A DNA stretch of 63,665 bases, filler included, from Reticulomyxa filosa (GCA_000512085.1; 26 parts of 26 records of this genome joined end to end with filler, not necessarily neighbours in it), one strand, 5' to 3'. Counted from the first letter of the whole stretch, positions 1-13,173 are shown. Numbers and translations: made by a program. Notes: generated by a model from the letters alone, not told the origin.

Positions 1-105
1 ACCCATATTTCCAAGGCAATTCCGAATATCCTACTCTCGATAACGATGACTGTTTTGTAGTACTTGTTTTTTTGATTTTTTATCTTCCAAAAAAAAAAAA
101 AAAAT

Positions 106-148
<43 letters not shown>

Positions 149-728
149 TCAAAAATGTTACTATTCCTTTTGCTTGTTTTTCTACCCCTTTTGAAGACTA
201 TCCAATTCGATTGCTTTTGAGTTCGTTTTATTGGCCAGCCAACGGGTATTTGTGTCTTGTCCTTTTTTTTTTTTTAACGCTTTCCTCTTTTTTAATCAAC
301 CGATTTAAATGTCTATTTCACATAGTGCGGAGGCAATCCCCGATGGACAGAGTGACTGCTCGCTGTGCACAATTGATTGTGATACGTGTCTAGGCATGCC
401 TTATACTCAGGTTTTATTTTATTTTTTTTAACGTTTTTTTTTGTATATTTCTGAAATTGCTGTTTTTAATACTCGTGTTCATATGCAGGCATATGACGCA
501 AACTCCACTGGCTATGATTCACCTGTTTATACAAGGCCTCATCGGGATTCTCAGATCATTGATGCGATGAGATCATGGATGCAGATTGACTCGTCCAAAA
601 TCAACAATATTTACGATATATACGATTCCGAAAAAGTGGATTTGGGTATCATTCGCAAAACTTTGAAAAAATTGCAATTGAAAGAAGAGCAATTGAACAA
701 AAAAAGAGCCAACAAAAAGCGAACATAA
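1..728 (+). CDS. 3' part of a multi-exon gene, probably a protist alpha-amylase (GH13) C-terminus
   Basis: Exons splice to PYFQGNSEYPTLDNDDCF/DYPIRLLLSSFYWPANG/AEAIPDGQSDCSLC..YTQ/AYDANSTGYDSPVYTRPHRDSQIIDAMRSWM. The YTRxHRD..I..AMRxWM tail resembles protist alpha-amylases (from memory). The catalytic domain is not in the window. Confidence 0.4.
107..148. repeat. (AAT)n microsatellite in an intron
   Basis: Direct read of aataataat... Confidence 0.9.
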
Positions 729-1858
729 ACTATTTTTTTAACAATTACTTCGCAAAATTGTTGTCCACATTGAGTTCGGTTTGTAAAGTAGTATCGGTCT
801 GAATAAATGACAACGTCGACAATTATGGGAAATACTTTTTATCGAAATTTTTCACGATTAGCTTTCTTATATTTGATTGATTACCCACTAAATGAAGTAT
901 GACGAAAAGATATCAATACAGCACAAAGTGCGTTATATGTACAATCTCAGCAAATTTTTTTGGAATAACACTGCAGGCTACTCTTTGAAAACAGCCAAAG
1001 TTACATTTAAGCATTCATTTTGTTTTCTAACAGTTATACTCATCAAAGTTTTAATCCTGCCATAGTTTGTTGGCATTTGACATCTTTTGAATGTATTAGC
1101 AACTATAGTAAATAGTGCTTTAAACATTATAGAAAATAAAATTCTACAATAATTGGTCACAAAATGCTCATCTTATTTAAACGATTATTAATGTTGAACA
1201 TATTAGTACTGTTGCTAACAAAAAATTGCATTATAAAAATTTACAAACATTATAGTCAATTCACATTACAATCCTTTTGACTATTTCATTAACGAATAGT
1301 TTTAATGCTGAAACATAACCTTACAATTGTTATTCGTTGATACTTAAATCTTAAAAATTAATCGCTTCTGAATTATATAAGCCCTTTTATCCAACAATTT
1401 AGCAACAATTAACGTGTATATGCAAGTTTAAGATTTCCACTATTATACATTTCAATTGAATGCCATTGAATTATTGATAAATGGCCATGTATTGGTAACA
1501 ATTACCAATGGGCCTTTTGTGAGTTGTTTTTGCGATTCAATCGATAATTAGTAGACTACACGTTCTTTATTGCTTTTCGGTCCATATGATGTCGTTCGTT
1601 TTTGTCGTGGATTATTTCATTAGCAATCCAGTGCTGGAAATACAAAATTCTCAATTCTAGACGTAAAAATTATAACAAAAAAACTAGCGAAACGTCACAG
1701 AACGCATTTACTTTTTCGTGTATCACTTTCTCTTTACGCATGATAGAAATATCAACAAAACGGTGACAAGAACGTTACAAAAGAGAACAAATTCAGAGCC
1801 ACCAAAAAATTTTTTTTACGCAATGACTCGAACATCTTCCCAAACTTGAAGTCACCTT

Positions 1859-3109
1859 TCAGTCTTTTTCCAACAAGGGATAGAAAAAATTGTAACCAAT
1901 AGAAATGAAGACAATGCTAAAGAGCCACAACAAACGATAGGGAGTAGGAACAAGACCACAGATTTGAAACGGAGAATGTCCAACCAATCCATGCAAATAC
2001 GAATCAATAGCGACCTTTTCATGAGATTCAGGATGGGTCATGCAATTCCGTACGCGACCAACAACATCTGTTAATCGATGCTGATTTGCTGCCAAAGGTA
2101 ATATCAAAAAGAACCACCCCATCCAAAATGATCCAAATTCAAACAAGTAGTGAAGAAACAAGATATACTCAGTATCTTTTGATACGTGACAATCACCCCT
2201 AATCACTCCCTCGAAGATTGACGTAATAAATACGAATACAGCCAGAGCATTGATACAAAAATAGACAATAATCCACAGACTTAGTTGAGTTGTACCAACT
2301 CTATTTTCATTATTATGTTTGGGGAAAGCAAACAAAAAAATGATGTATGATGTAAACAATAAAAAAATGTGAGATAATATCCTTCCAATAGTATTTAACC
2401 TGTATTTATTGACGAATACTTTTTCCCACTGATTTTGAAATGTCTGACTGGTGATACTCCTAGCAAATTCAACAGGCGTACCATCATACAACAAATTTTG
2501 ATTTGTATTGGCAAAATGCGGAATAGCAAAGGTTGTTTCCATCTGCCTCAAATCATCTTTGAAACCTACGAAAAATGTTCTTGCGAAGGCAATGTGCAAA
2601 ACCAAAGGGAGGTATCTCAAGAGGTCAAGTGGAGGCTCCACGCGACTTATCACTAAGCGTGGCAAGGGATGATTCTCTGGAAGCAACGCCTCATCCAAAA
2701 GACCTGTCAACCAAGGAATTAGGAATAACAATCCTACGGAAAAAAGGCACTCTGTTTTTAACCGATTGGCTCTATCTTTATGTAGATATGCCAAAAATGA
2801 TGCGTCGATAGTCCGGAATGCGAAACAATATAAAAGCAACGACTGAATTTGAACAATAAAAATCACCCATTGTACCCAATGACAAACCATTGGAGAAATG
2901 GCTACATCATAGCAATCTAATGCAATATCAAGAATCAAGTAAGCAAAAATTGCAACTCGATAAAGAAGATGGGAACGTCGGGAACCCGATATACAGTAAA
3001 TCGCACAAACTGCACACTTTGTACAACCTCCACAGTCTTCAAATGTTCCATCCACGTCACCGTTCAATGGCGCTCTCATCCTATTCGAAGATATGGAAAA
3101 CATATTCAC
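1859..3109 (-). CDS. Polytopic membrane protein, ~383 aa after removing a 99-nt intron (2301-2399); 7TMIC/gustatory-receptor-like candidate
   Basis: 416-aa ORF. An in-frame GT..AG intron (CAG|GTTAAAT...AAAATAG|A) removes one hydrophobic stretch and leaves 7. The C-terminus is YLHGLVGHSPFQICGLVPTPYRLLWLFSIVFISIGY. Confidence 0.75.
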   Translation of the reverse strand: MNMFSISSNRMRAPLNGDVDGTFEDCGGCTKCAVCAIYCISGSRRSHLLYRVAIFAYLILDIALDCYDVAISPMVCHWVQWVIFIVQIQSLLLYCFAFRTIDASFLAYLHKDRANRLKTECLFSVGLLFLIPWLTGLLDEALLPENHPLPRLVISRVEPPLDLLRYLPLVLHIAFARTFFVGFKDDLRQMETTFAIPHFANTNQNLLYDGTPVEFARSITSQTFQNQWEKVFVNKYRLNTIGRILSHIFLLFTSYIIFLFAFPKHNNENRVGTTQLSLWIIVYFCINALAVFVFITSIFEGVIRGDCHVSKDTEYILFLHYLFEFGSFWMGWFFLILPLAANQHRLTDVVGRVRNCMTHPESHEKVAIDSYLHGLVGHSPFQICGLVPTPYRLLWLFSIVFISIGYNFFYPLLEKD

Positions 3110-4612
3110 AGGAAGCCTTTTGGCTTTATTTCCTTCAATTTTTTAAACTCAAAATTGAACTTTAACACACCCAGAATCCCACTTACAGTTTGAAGAAGTA
3201 AGTATCACGCAGTTGGCTAACTGTTTGAAAATGTTGACTTACTACATATTCTTTGTCGTATTGAACACTTCTGGTGTACACAAATATTTCTTTTTTCCAG
3301 AAAAAACAAAAACATTTCATCCTAATCCTTTCGAAAATATGCACGAGGTTCAACTTTTTAAATGTGAAATTATGAGACGCTTCTTAGCTTAACAAAATTT
3401 TTTGAATACAATTTCTGTAAAATCCACAAAATAACAACAATTTTTCATTCACATTCAAAAAAAAGAAACATATAAAACCAAAAATAGAGATATTGATTGG
3501 TAAGTAAAGTAAGTGGAGGGACCTTCAAACTAAAAAAGCTCTTCAACAACACGGCACAACGCATGTAAGAGCTGTTGCTGCTGAAGGAGACTGCGCTAAA
3601 TGTAATACGAAAAGTGATAAACTCTTTCGAGCAGATTTTCAATAACTCAAAGTAATTTAAATAAATAAAGAAGAAATGGCAAAAACAATAACGAAAGAGT
3701 AAAGGGAAAAAATACAAGAAATGTTGTAGTGAAGAGTTGGGAAAGTTTAACCCACCGGGGGCTCATCAGCCCCTTTTACTTTATAGGAGCTTCTCCTACA
3801 CGCACAAAAGATAAAAAAAAAAGAAAAAAGAAAGAAGAAATAAAAATGAAAATAGTGTGGGCAAATTTCGAGTAAGATTCTGAAAAAAAAGATTTTGCAA
3901 AATAAATGTTTGCAATAACAATAATCACTCCAACTACTTTTAAATACAAAAAAATACACAAATTAACACACAATATCCATGGTGGATGGACATGAATTTA
4001 TATTGAAGAGATGTCTGTGGATCACTAGGACACAATGGACATCGATAAAATATCATTAATCAATTATGGATGTTGATCTGATTGAGATCACATCTAATCG
4101 AATGTATGACATTGATGAAAATATAACGAACACATGACACGAGTATGAATATAAACAATGAAATAAACACTAATACCAATATGAGTGACTAGGACGAATA
4201 CGAACATGATAGAGAATACAAAAACGAAGAAGTATATTAGCACGAAGACGAGTAAGGACATAGACAATGCACTTATACAAAAAAATACACAAACAATAAG
4301 ACTATTATAAACGATAATACGAATACAAACACCAACATAGACACAAACTCAAACTCAAACTGAAAGAAATAATTACTGACTATAAAGTAACATAATATAT
4401 CGAAGATAAAATTTTATGCTATTATATAACAAGTAGTCAGTTATTTATTGTAAAAAAAAATTATATATTTAAGCGTTATTGATTGTAATGATTTATTTGT
4501 GTCACTTAAGAGTTATGTGTGGAACGTGTAGTTAATATAATATCGTCTTTATATCATAATATTATACTTATATATGTAATACATACATATTACACATAAA
4601 TGTTTGCGAATA

Positions 4613-4711
4613 NNNNNNNNNNNNNNNNNNNNNNNNNNNNNNNNNNNNNNNNNNNNTTAATTAATTAANNNNNNNNNNNNNNNNNNNNNNNNNNNNNNNN
4701 NNNNNNNNNNN
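4613..4711. other. Artificial contig-joining spacer, first of 25 (others start at ~7906, 12004, 13908, 15343, 18503, 21677, 24846, 29645, 31922, 33317, 35863, 38157, 40046, 41892, 43437, 47289, 49005, 50981, 52246, 54153, 57954, 59083, 61361, 62555)
   Basis: Identical N-run/TTAATTAATTAA/N-run cassette with stops in all six frames. Genes are cut off at the spacers. Confidence 0.97.
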
Positions 4712-4712
4712 N

Positions 4713-4750
<38 letters not shown>

Positions 4751-4794
4751 ACCAAACATGTTTGAACTTCAAAAAAAAAAAAAAAAAAAAAAAA

Positions 4795-5491
4795 GGAAAA
4801 ATCTATTCGAATAAGCAATGCAAACGGATTGAATCAAGTAACGTGGATTGTAGATGTAGAACCATTGTCATATTCGACCGTACCCCCTTTGGCAGTTTTG
4901 AAAGAAATTGCACACATGTTTACTTACTACTATCCGGAGAGACTCTATAAACTGTTCATCACTTTTGCACCTTGGTATTTCCGCGCCTTTTTGGAATATG
5001 GTGTCTTCCTTGCTCACTGAGGTAATTCCATTTGATGATGTTTTTTTGTTTTTTGTTTTTTTTTTGTATATGCATATACATATATATGTATGCATGTGTA
5101 TACACATGTTTGTATGTATTTTTTTTGCACACTTTGGGAAAAAAAAAAAAAAAGAATACAAAAGGGAAGATAGAAATGTTGTCGTGGGAAGGGTCCAAAA
5201 ATTATGAGTCGTTCTCACATTTGATTGACAAAGACGCTTTACTGGAGAAGTACGGCGGGTCTTTGGATTTGAAATATACCTACGAGTTTGAACTAGAAAA
5301 ATACAAGGAATACCTCAATGCCAACAATGATGACCTCAATCGATATCAACAATGGCGATATCAACAATGGCGATATCAACAATGGCGATATCAACAATGA
5401 TGACACTAACGACAAGTTCGTCGATGTGGCTGAGTCCAGCGATCTCACTCAAAAATCCACTGATGCTTCCTCTATCACTGTTTCTAATTGA
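4795..5491 (+). CDS. CRAL-TRIO/Sec14-like lipid-binding protein, C-terminal part (frameshifted)
   Basis: VTWIVD...YYPERLYKLFITFAPWYFRAFWNMVSSLLTE|NTKGKIEML...IDKDALLEKYGG matches the Sec14 C-terminal signature. Intron ~5022-5154. One-base slips near 4990 and 5340. Confidence 0.85.
5341..5400 (+). repeat. 4 x 15-bp tandem repeat CGATATCAACAATGG (GDINN repeats in the likely true frame)
   Basis: Direct read. Confidence 0.9.
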
Positions 5492-6534
5492 CAAAATACA
5501 TACATTTGATCAACAATTCCTTTTTTTTATATAACAAGCTTGCTTGTTTTTTAATGATGAATTTTGCATCTTTTTTTAATCATTATTATTTTTGAGTATG
5601 CTTCAAAAAAAGAAAAAAATTATATTGAAATGACTTTTCATGGTTTGAAAAGCATTTATAAACTGTTACAATTATTTCTGATGCCTAAAAAAAACGGTCT
5701 CCTTTTTTTCGTTGTCGTTTCAAATGGCATAGCTTCTTGTCAACGATAAACACTTTTTTTTGTGAATATTGGCATTTCTTTTTCATATTGGATTTGATGA
5801 GTATATTGCGCATTATTGAAAGAAACTAGTTTTAGTTTTGCATGTTCAACTCTTTCTTTTTTTTTCCTTGCTGTGTTTACAATTCGACATTACTATTGAA
5901 AAATAAAGTAGCTTAATGCTATTATCGAATTTTAAAAAGAAGTGTTAATTACCAAAAAACTGTGGAACTAAATTACTGCTGTGTTTCAATTTTGTTTTTT
6001 TTTTAGCTTTACAATTTCAATAGCTTCCATTTGTTATTTCTTTTAAAACAGCTTTTTTTGCAAAACAAAAAGCAAAAAAAAAACAGTGCACAAGGAAAAG
6101 TACACACTTTTTTTTAACATTTGTAAGAAGGAGGGACGGAAAGAAATTGCCAGAAATAAGATAAAAGGGAGAGAAAAAAAAAAACAAGGAATATAGCAGA
6201 AAAAAGAGGAGCTAAAAAATTGCTCAGATGGAAGAAAAAAACACTTTTTTTTTATCTCCTTATTCGGACCACTCTTTTTCTTTTTCTACAAAAAAGAAAT
6301 GCTACAAAACAAATCAAACACATATTAAAGAAAAGGATAAACATCATCTGTATTTTGGAAAGCCCAAAGAAACCTGAAACGCCATTCCAGTCAAGGACCA
6401 ATGACGTGCGATTGGTAATGATTGATTGATGCCACGGCCACTTCCAATCTTTTCAATGTTTTTTTTTTTTTTTTTTTTAAGTTGATACGCACATGGGTGA
6501 GAAAAGGGAGGGATTATTATTATTATTATTATTA

Positions 6535-7172
6535 TTATCTGTCCATATTGCTGTACATGCATGCACAGGCCGCACTGCAAAAAAAATTTAGAGGAAAGGG
6601 GTTTGTATACTTATTAGAGAAGAAAAAACAAACAAGCAAAAACGAACCAAGTGAAAGAAAAGGAAGGAAAGAAGAAGAGGAATGATTGCAATTGTGATGG
6701 CCTGCATAGCCGTGACATGGACCCAGCCAAGGGGACCAAAAGCCTTGGAAGAGTTCGGGATTGGCCAAAGTCATTTGTTCGGGATGAAGCAGTTGCAAAG
6801 GAGGTTTCATATGATGATTATGGTAGCGAAGCAATTTAGATCGCAATAAACGCGAGACATTAGGATATTGGTGATACAAGTCAAAAAACTCGCACGGATC
6901 ATTTCCTAAGTGGAACAAGCAGCCATACGTATTCAACTGTTTGTCGTTGCACGTCGACGATAGCGACGTATTGCACTGCACGGAGGGATGCACAATGGCG
7001 GGATGATACTGATGAGGACGATAGTTCCACCCATGCGATGCATAAGTGTTACTATCCGATTCTGCCTGTCTCCCTATTATTAACTTCCATTCCTTGTAAC
7101 GAATGGCCGCTGTGCAAAAGTATTGTGCATTGGTTTTATTCATAAGATCATACTCACCTCCATTACTACCAC

Positions 7173-7209
<37 letters not shown>

Positions 7210-7835
7210 TATACTACTGCGACTACTACAGGATCCCAATCGAAGTGGATCAATATTTATCAAAACTTCATGTCGCAGTTTGTGCAAGGATTGATTGTTA
7301 TATTGAAGCATATGATACTGGGAAATGCCGTCCATATCGGGTAAGTTTTTTCGTACATGCTCTTCCAGTATACGTTGGTGCGACTGCTGCTGTTCCCGTC
7401 CTTGCACTTTCACTTTTTCATCTTCCCCTCCTCCTCCTCCTTTTTTTTCTCTTCTTTTTTTTTCGCTCCTTCTTCAATCCAATGAACGAATGTAGGAAAC
7501 CAATCGGTGACATGAAACAGCTCATTTGCTACTTTCCCGCGACGTGCATCGTGCAAGACCCCTCCATTTACGATGGCATGCTTCTCACTCCGCCTTCCCA
7601 CAGCGTGTTCTTGCCCCCTCGCAGCGGGTAGTTGCTGCTCCCGCTCCATTCCGAGTGGCCCCCGCCGTTGTCGTTGCTGAACACCACCAACGTCGTGTCC
7701 CACAGCTCTGTTTCCTTCAGCACATGCATCAACTCCCCTACGCTCTCATCCAGCGCACTTATCATCGCTCCCATTTTTTGATGTTCCATGTCGCTTGTTT
7801 TTTTTTTAATTTGTCGATGTACTTTGCTGGCGCCT
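6535..7835 (-). CDS. Arylsulfatase (ARSB/I/J-like), C-terminal half
   Basis: AMISALDESVG, VFSNDNGG, NYPLRGGKNTLWEGGVR, FHVTDWFPT, DGISQ, AAIRYKEWKLI, LFHLGNDPCE. Frame changes near 7570 and 7410. Confidence 0.9.
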
Positions 7836-8061
7836 GCAAAAAAAAAAAAAATAATGAGTTCTTTTTGCAAAAAAAAAAAAAAAAAAAGGAAAAAGGGGGG
7901 GGGGGNNNNNNNNNNNNNNNNNNNNNNNNNNNNNNNNNNNNNNNNNNNNTTAATTAATTAANNNNNNNNNNNNNNNNNNNNNNNNNNNNNNNNNNNNNNN
8001 NNNNNTAAAAACAAAAAATTATTAAAAGATTTGCATATGAAATGAAATGAAACGGATATAG

Positions 8062-11000
8062 GATGAGACATCGTCGTTGTTGCACAACGCCAACGCAAGT
8101 CAGAAAACAGACACAAAGAGTCCAAATGGAGAAGGCGGTGATCTGCCAGCGGCGACACAAGGCAATAGCAATGACGTGTCGACCACAGAGACAACAGCAA
8201 ATAAAGCAGAGGAAAAACCGATAGAATCGAAATCGGAAGAAGAGTGGCAGAATATATTAAAAGAGCAATTGGCGGCCTCTGCTCCGAATCTGAAACTCAT
8301 TCGAAACTGTTGCAGACAAGTTGGTATGTCAATTCCACTTTCTTTTTTATTTTTTTGTCGTTGTCGTCGTCGCTGTGTTAATCTTTGATGTGTGTTTCAC
8401 ACACACACAACATAAACAATAAAAATATGATCGTCATGATACGAAAAGGAATCCCCGAGACGTCGAGGAGCGAAGTGTGGAAGATACTGCTGGACGTCCC
8501 AAACAAGAAAAAGCAACTGGAACAAGAGTACACACAAAACAAAACGGCGATGGAAGCACAGCGCGAAATGCTTTTGGAAAAGCAGAAAATGAGTGAAGAT
8601 GAGGAAAATGCAATAGCGTCGGACAATAAGCATTTATTGGCGTCCGAAAAGGATATTGATGGTCGGTGGCACTTTTCTATTTTTTATCTCTTTTTCTTAA
8701 ATGTAATATACATATAACATATACAAATACATATATATGTATATATTATGTGTATATATTATGTTTGTGTGTGTGTGTAATAAGGCACGGATACAGACAC
8801 AATGGGTAACGACAACTCAAACAGCATTGAAGCCGAAGAAAAGTGGAAAAAAAATATTTTGCTAAAGCCATTGCGAGATAATCCTCCGCAATTATATAAT
8901 CAAAGAGTAATTCAAGCAGATATTGAACGAACAAGACCGACGTTGAAATGCTTTCAAGAAACCAAGACGCGGAGAGAAATGGAAGTAATACTAACCGAAT
9001 ACTGCCATCGCTACGAAGTAAGCTACAAACAGGGAATGAATTATATTTTGGCGCCCTTTCTGATGGTCGGAATCACTGATCGAATTGATCTATTTCTATG
9101 CTTTCAATCTTTTTTGGAATTGTATTTGAAGTCAACTTTCAACGATGAAGAATTTGGGTCTTTGCAATGCATCTTTCGTCTGTTTCGATTGCTCGGTCAA
9201 TATCACGACCCAACACTAAGTGCTTTTTTAGATCAATATGAGATTGTCCCGGAGGTTTGTTTTTTTTGCACTTAGAAAAAATGCATGAATTATATTGTAT
9301 GATTGGTATACATATAAAATGTATATGTATATATGTACATATAAATGTATATGTATATATGTACATATACATACATATATAACATATATATATATACAAA
9401 TAATTTGTACAATGATAGCTGTTCGCATCGGGGTGGTTCATGACCATTCATGCGAATAAGTTGGATGCAACGACATTGTTATACTTGTGGGACGAAATCC
9501 TATTGGAACCGGATCCGTGTTTCCATTACCTGATCGACTTTGAGTTGTTGAAATATTACAGGGAAGCTATTGTGAAAAAATCGGGCGAGGAGTTGCCGCA
9601 GTTTTTAGTGAATATCGTGATCGAAGATCGTGATCACGTGCGCAAGCTCATCGAGGACGCACGCAAGACATTGCTCAATACTCCATTGTCATTCCACGAG
9701 TTGTTGACCAAATGTACCAAACATCAGATCCCTGTGGACAGCGAGCTGTACTTGCGATTAGAGCGCTTGCCTTGTCTGCCGATCGAAGACAAGGAGTTGA
9801 TTGCCAATTGCTACGCCGACTTCTTGCTGACACAAGCCGCCGAAAACATTGAATTGACGGAGCACAAGGCCACTGCCGCCAATGCAAAAAAGCCCAAAAA
9901 GTGGTCGAAGAATGCGCCCATGGCACCACCGCCTTCGGTCCCTGGCAACGAAGGCACTGTTACCAATTCGTTGGGACTATCCACTCTCGGAAATGGACTC
10001 GCAAACAACAGCAATGCAAACAAAGACGCCAATGGCGACGCGAGTACTAACGCCGGTGCTAACAAAAGCAAAGCGACTGCAAATGCAAACGACGGCGGAG
10101 AAGGCGGAAATGACGAAGAAAAGAAAATCCAATTGCGCAGAATTCGTAAGAAATTAAAGCAAGCCGCCAAATACGCCGAACAAAAACATTTAAAGTTTTT
10201 CATTATCGATTGCAGACCAAAGGAACAATTCGATGCTGGACATTTGCCGTGTGCATTTCATTTGGACCCCACTTTGGTTTGTTTGTACATATATGTACAT
10301 ATACATGTGTAATATATTAACTGCGAAGGGGATCTATCTATATATCAAATATTTTGATTTCGAAGAAGGGAAAGGAGGAAACGAAAAAAAAAAAAAAAAG
10401 GACGTGTCAAGTGAAGAACTTCGCGAAAAATTGACATCACTGTTATCAATGAGCGGATGCCATTTTGTACTGTTCTTCGATGGTCGTCATGATGGCATTT
10501 CTCTTGTCAATTCCGGAGATCCAATGTCAATACAAAACATGGAGACGGACCAGCGAATGAATGCCGACCCTTCTGCGAAACAGAAATACGGCAGTGCGGT
10601 GGACAAACAGCTGTTGCTAAGACAAAGCTATTTGCTGTTCTTTTTGGAAAAAAAAGTGAAATACATTTCCATCTGTGAAGACGGATATTGTGGCTGTCAC
10701 GAACTCATCGTTGGGGACTTGGAACTCATCGACCAGATTCAAACAAGTGCATCGAATGCAATGGCAAATGGAATCAATGGTCTATGTTTTCATCCGTCAA
10801 ACAAAGAATGATGGAGGCTGCGCAAGGTTTTAGTTTTTACGTTGTGTCTGTATTGTTGTCATTGGTTTTGTTTCTGTCATGTCATGTTGTCTTTTTGATT
10901 CAAAGGGATGAAACGACGAATGATCCAGTCCACGCAATCGGTCGTTGGTCCCTCGTCTTCCCTCAACATTGCAAACAAACGCACAATTGCATTCCCACTC

Positions 11001-12003
11001 GTATCCAATTTAATGGGGACAACACCAGTCCCACGCAGAGGCTATTACTCGTATGAAATGTTTGAATTAAATAATTATTTTGACACCAAAGAATTTCCGT
11101 CCAATTATCCCCAAATTCATTTATGTAAAAATGATCCAATGTTAATGATTTATCTATCTCTCGTTAAGTCTAAGTCTATTCGCCTTTCTAATTACATATA
11201 TGTATACATATGTACATATATATGTGTATATTTGTTATTGCACAAACAGCTACGAGACAAAGACACAAAAGACATGGAAAAGTTTCGAGTGGTAACACAG
11301 AAAATCCTAACACTTATGTTCAATCAAATGCTGCAATACCACTATTGTGAAATTGGTCAAGTCGGCGAAGGTGACAGCATGGGGAATTCTACAATCGAGT
11401 CCACTACTGCCATGGAGCTGATGTCTACATTTCGATCACAGCCGACAACATATTTCCCACTCACGTTTTCGCAAACAACAAAGCAAACACCCTTTGATTC
11501 GCCATTCGCATGCGTGGCTGGAGGTATCGCACACATACCACTATCTGCAACTTGAAACTGCTCTGACGATTGTGATTGTTCACAATGTTTGGCCGTGAAT
11601 AGACCGAGGGCTGTACGGCGTCGCTTTGAGTGACAGTGGCGAACATGCTTTGCGAACTGTATTGCAAAGTTTTCATCCCATCATCAAAAGTGTTGTGGGC
11701 ACGTTGAAAGTGGAGGAGTCGTTCACTCAAGACAAAGACGGAATCATTCGCTCCAATCGCCAGGCTGTGGCCATCATGCCCAAAGATATCAAGTCCAGAA
11801 TTGTATTACTGTTTCATCCGGTCATTGTACAAAATGAATTACATTCTGGAATTGATGCTTTATTGCGAGTTATTTTCTCCACTCTGTTTCTTTGTTTTCT
11901 CTTTTTTACACACCAATTTAAAAAAAAAAAAAAAAAAAAAGCTGGGCGCAAATGAAAAAGACATAATCATATTTACTTTTATTGCATCTCGAGCTGCTTT
12001 GGT
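8062..12003 (+). CDS. TBC1D23: TBC (Rab-GAP) + rhodanese domain protein, TBC1D23-like; multi-exon, both ends truncated
   Basis: GIPETSRSEVWKILL, IQADIERT, YKQGMNYILAPF, LLYLWD, then rhodanese FFIIDCRPKEQFDAGHLPCAFHLD and KYISICEDGY. Confidence 0.8.
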
Positions 12004-12103
12004 NNNNNNNNNNNNNNNNNNNNNNNNNNNNNNNNNNNNNNNNNNNNTTAATTAATTAANNNNNNNNNNNNNNNNNNNNNNNNNNNNNNNNNNNNNNNNN
12101 NNN

Positions 12104-12140
<37 letters not shown>

Positions 12141-12144
<4 letters not shown>

Positions 12145-12863
12145 CAATATTTGAGTCTTCTCTTTCTTGCAACAATTCTTTGATTTCTTTCAAATTTTTC
12201 AAATGCACCAAGTTGTTTCCAATGGACTTAGCACCTTGCTTTTCGTTATGATTTTTGATATGCTGCTGGTCGCAAGGCAGTATGAAGAGCACATCGTTGG
12301 TCGCTTGATAGGCGACACATCGTGACAAAGGGTCACTGCGAATGCACAGACGAGGATTGCATGTTTTGTTACCCAAGCGCAATCCGCACAATTCATCAAA
12401 GTTATACACTCCACTTGTTACTACGTCTCCAACTCCTTCCTCGTAATCCAATATCGATAATTTGCTATCCAAAAAACTTAATAACAATGAATCGGTTCTT
12501 CGAGGGACAAATCTTGCTACGCTGTTTTTTTTTCAACATTTTTTTTTTTTTTTTTTCCAAATAAACTCAACTCAAAAAAAAAAAAATAATAATAATAACT
12601 TACCATAGATATCTTATTGTCCCAAATAGTGAATATCGCTTCACCAATATCAGCTTTTTGTTTTGTGAACTAACATTTTTTGTTGCTGTGCAATACTTAT
12701 TCGAATTTCCTTTTCCTATTGTCACTAACTTGTAAATCTCCAACACATTGTTTTTGGCAAGGACCAAATTCGTATCTTTTGGTCCTGTAAACGATGCTGT
12801 CACACATCTATCCACAGCAGTCGGATGTTGAAGAGTTTGAAAAAATGCACTCGTTGAAGACAT
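12141..12863 (-). CDS. CPSF1: Cleavage and polyadenylation specificity factor subunit 1 (CPSF160), N-terminal fragment
   Basis: HPTAVDRCVTASFTG..NLVLAKNNVLEIY..KLILVKRYSLFGTI, LLSFLDSKLSILDY, RSDPLSRC. Confidence 0.75.
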
Positions 12864-13173
12864 TCACTAATTGATTTGTCCAATAATTTAGTTAATTATA
12901 TAAAAAAAAAAGTTCACTTTTAAAGATTATCCTTTACCTTTTGGACTATTTAAAAATATATAGATATTATCACATTTTTCAAAAAGACATACATTTCTTT
13001 TTTTGAGGAAAAGGGAAGGGGAGTAAAACATGGGCAACTATAATTATGGCAACGTTCCAATGATTATTGTTAATTCGTCCTACTCTTTGTAGTCTTAATT
13101 GTGCTAATCGAATTTCTAAGGATTACACAATACCTTCAGAATAGCTTAAAAAATAAAAACAAAAAACTACATT

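Noticed and set aside
3522-3590. Nested stems CCTTCA/TGAAGG and AGCTCTT/AAGAGCT as an ncRNA
   Set aside because: Short stems with no box motifs; compatible with chance.
4657-4668. Recurring TTAATTAATTAA as a CRISPR-like or biological repeat
   Set aside because: Always embedded in fixed N-runs; it is a six-frame-stop assembly linker.
5341-5400. RYQQW or MAIST repeat peptides
   Set aside because: Alternative frames of a 15-bp repeat; the GDINN frame fits the N/D-rich tail best.
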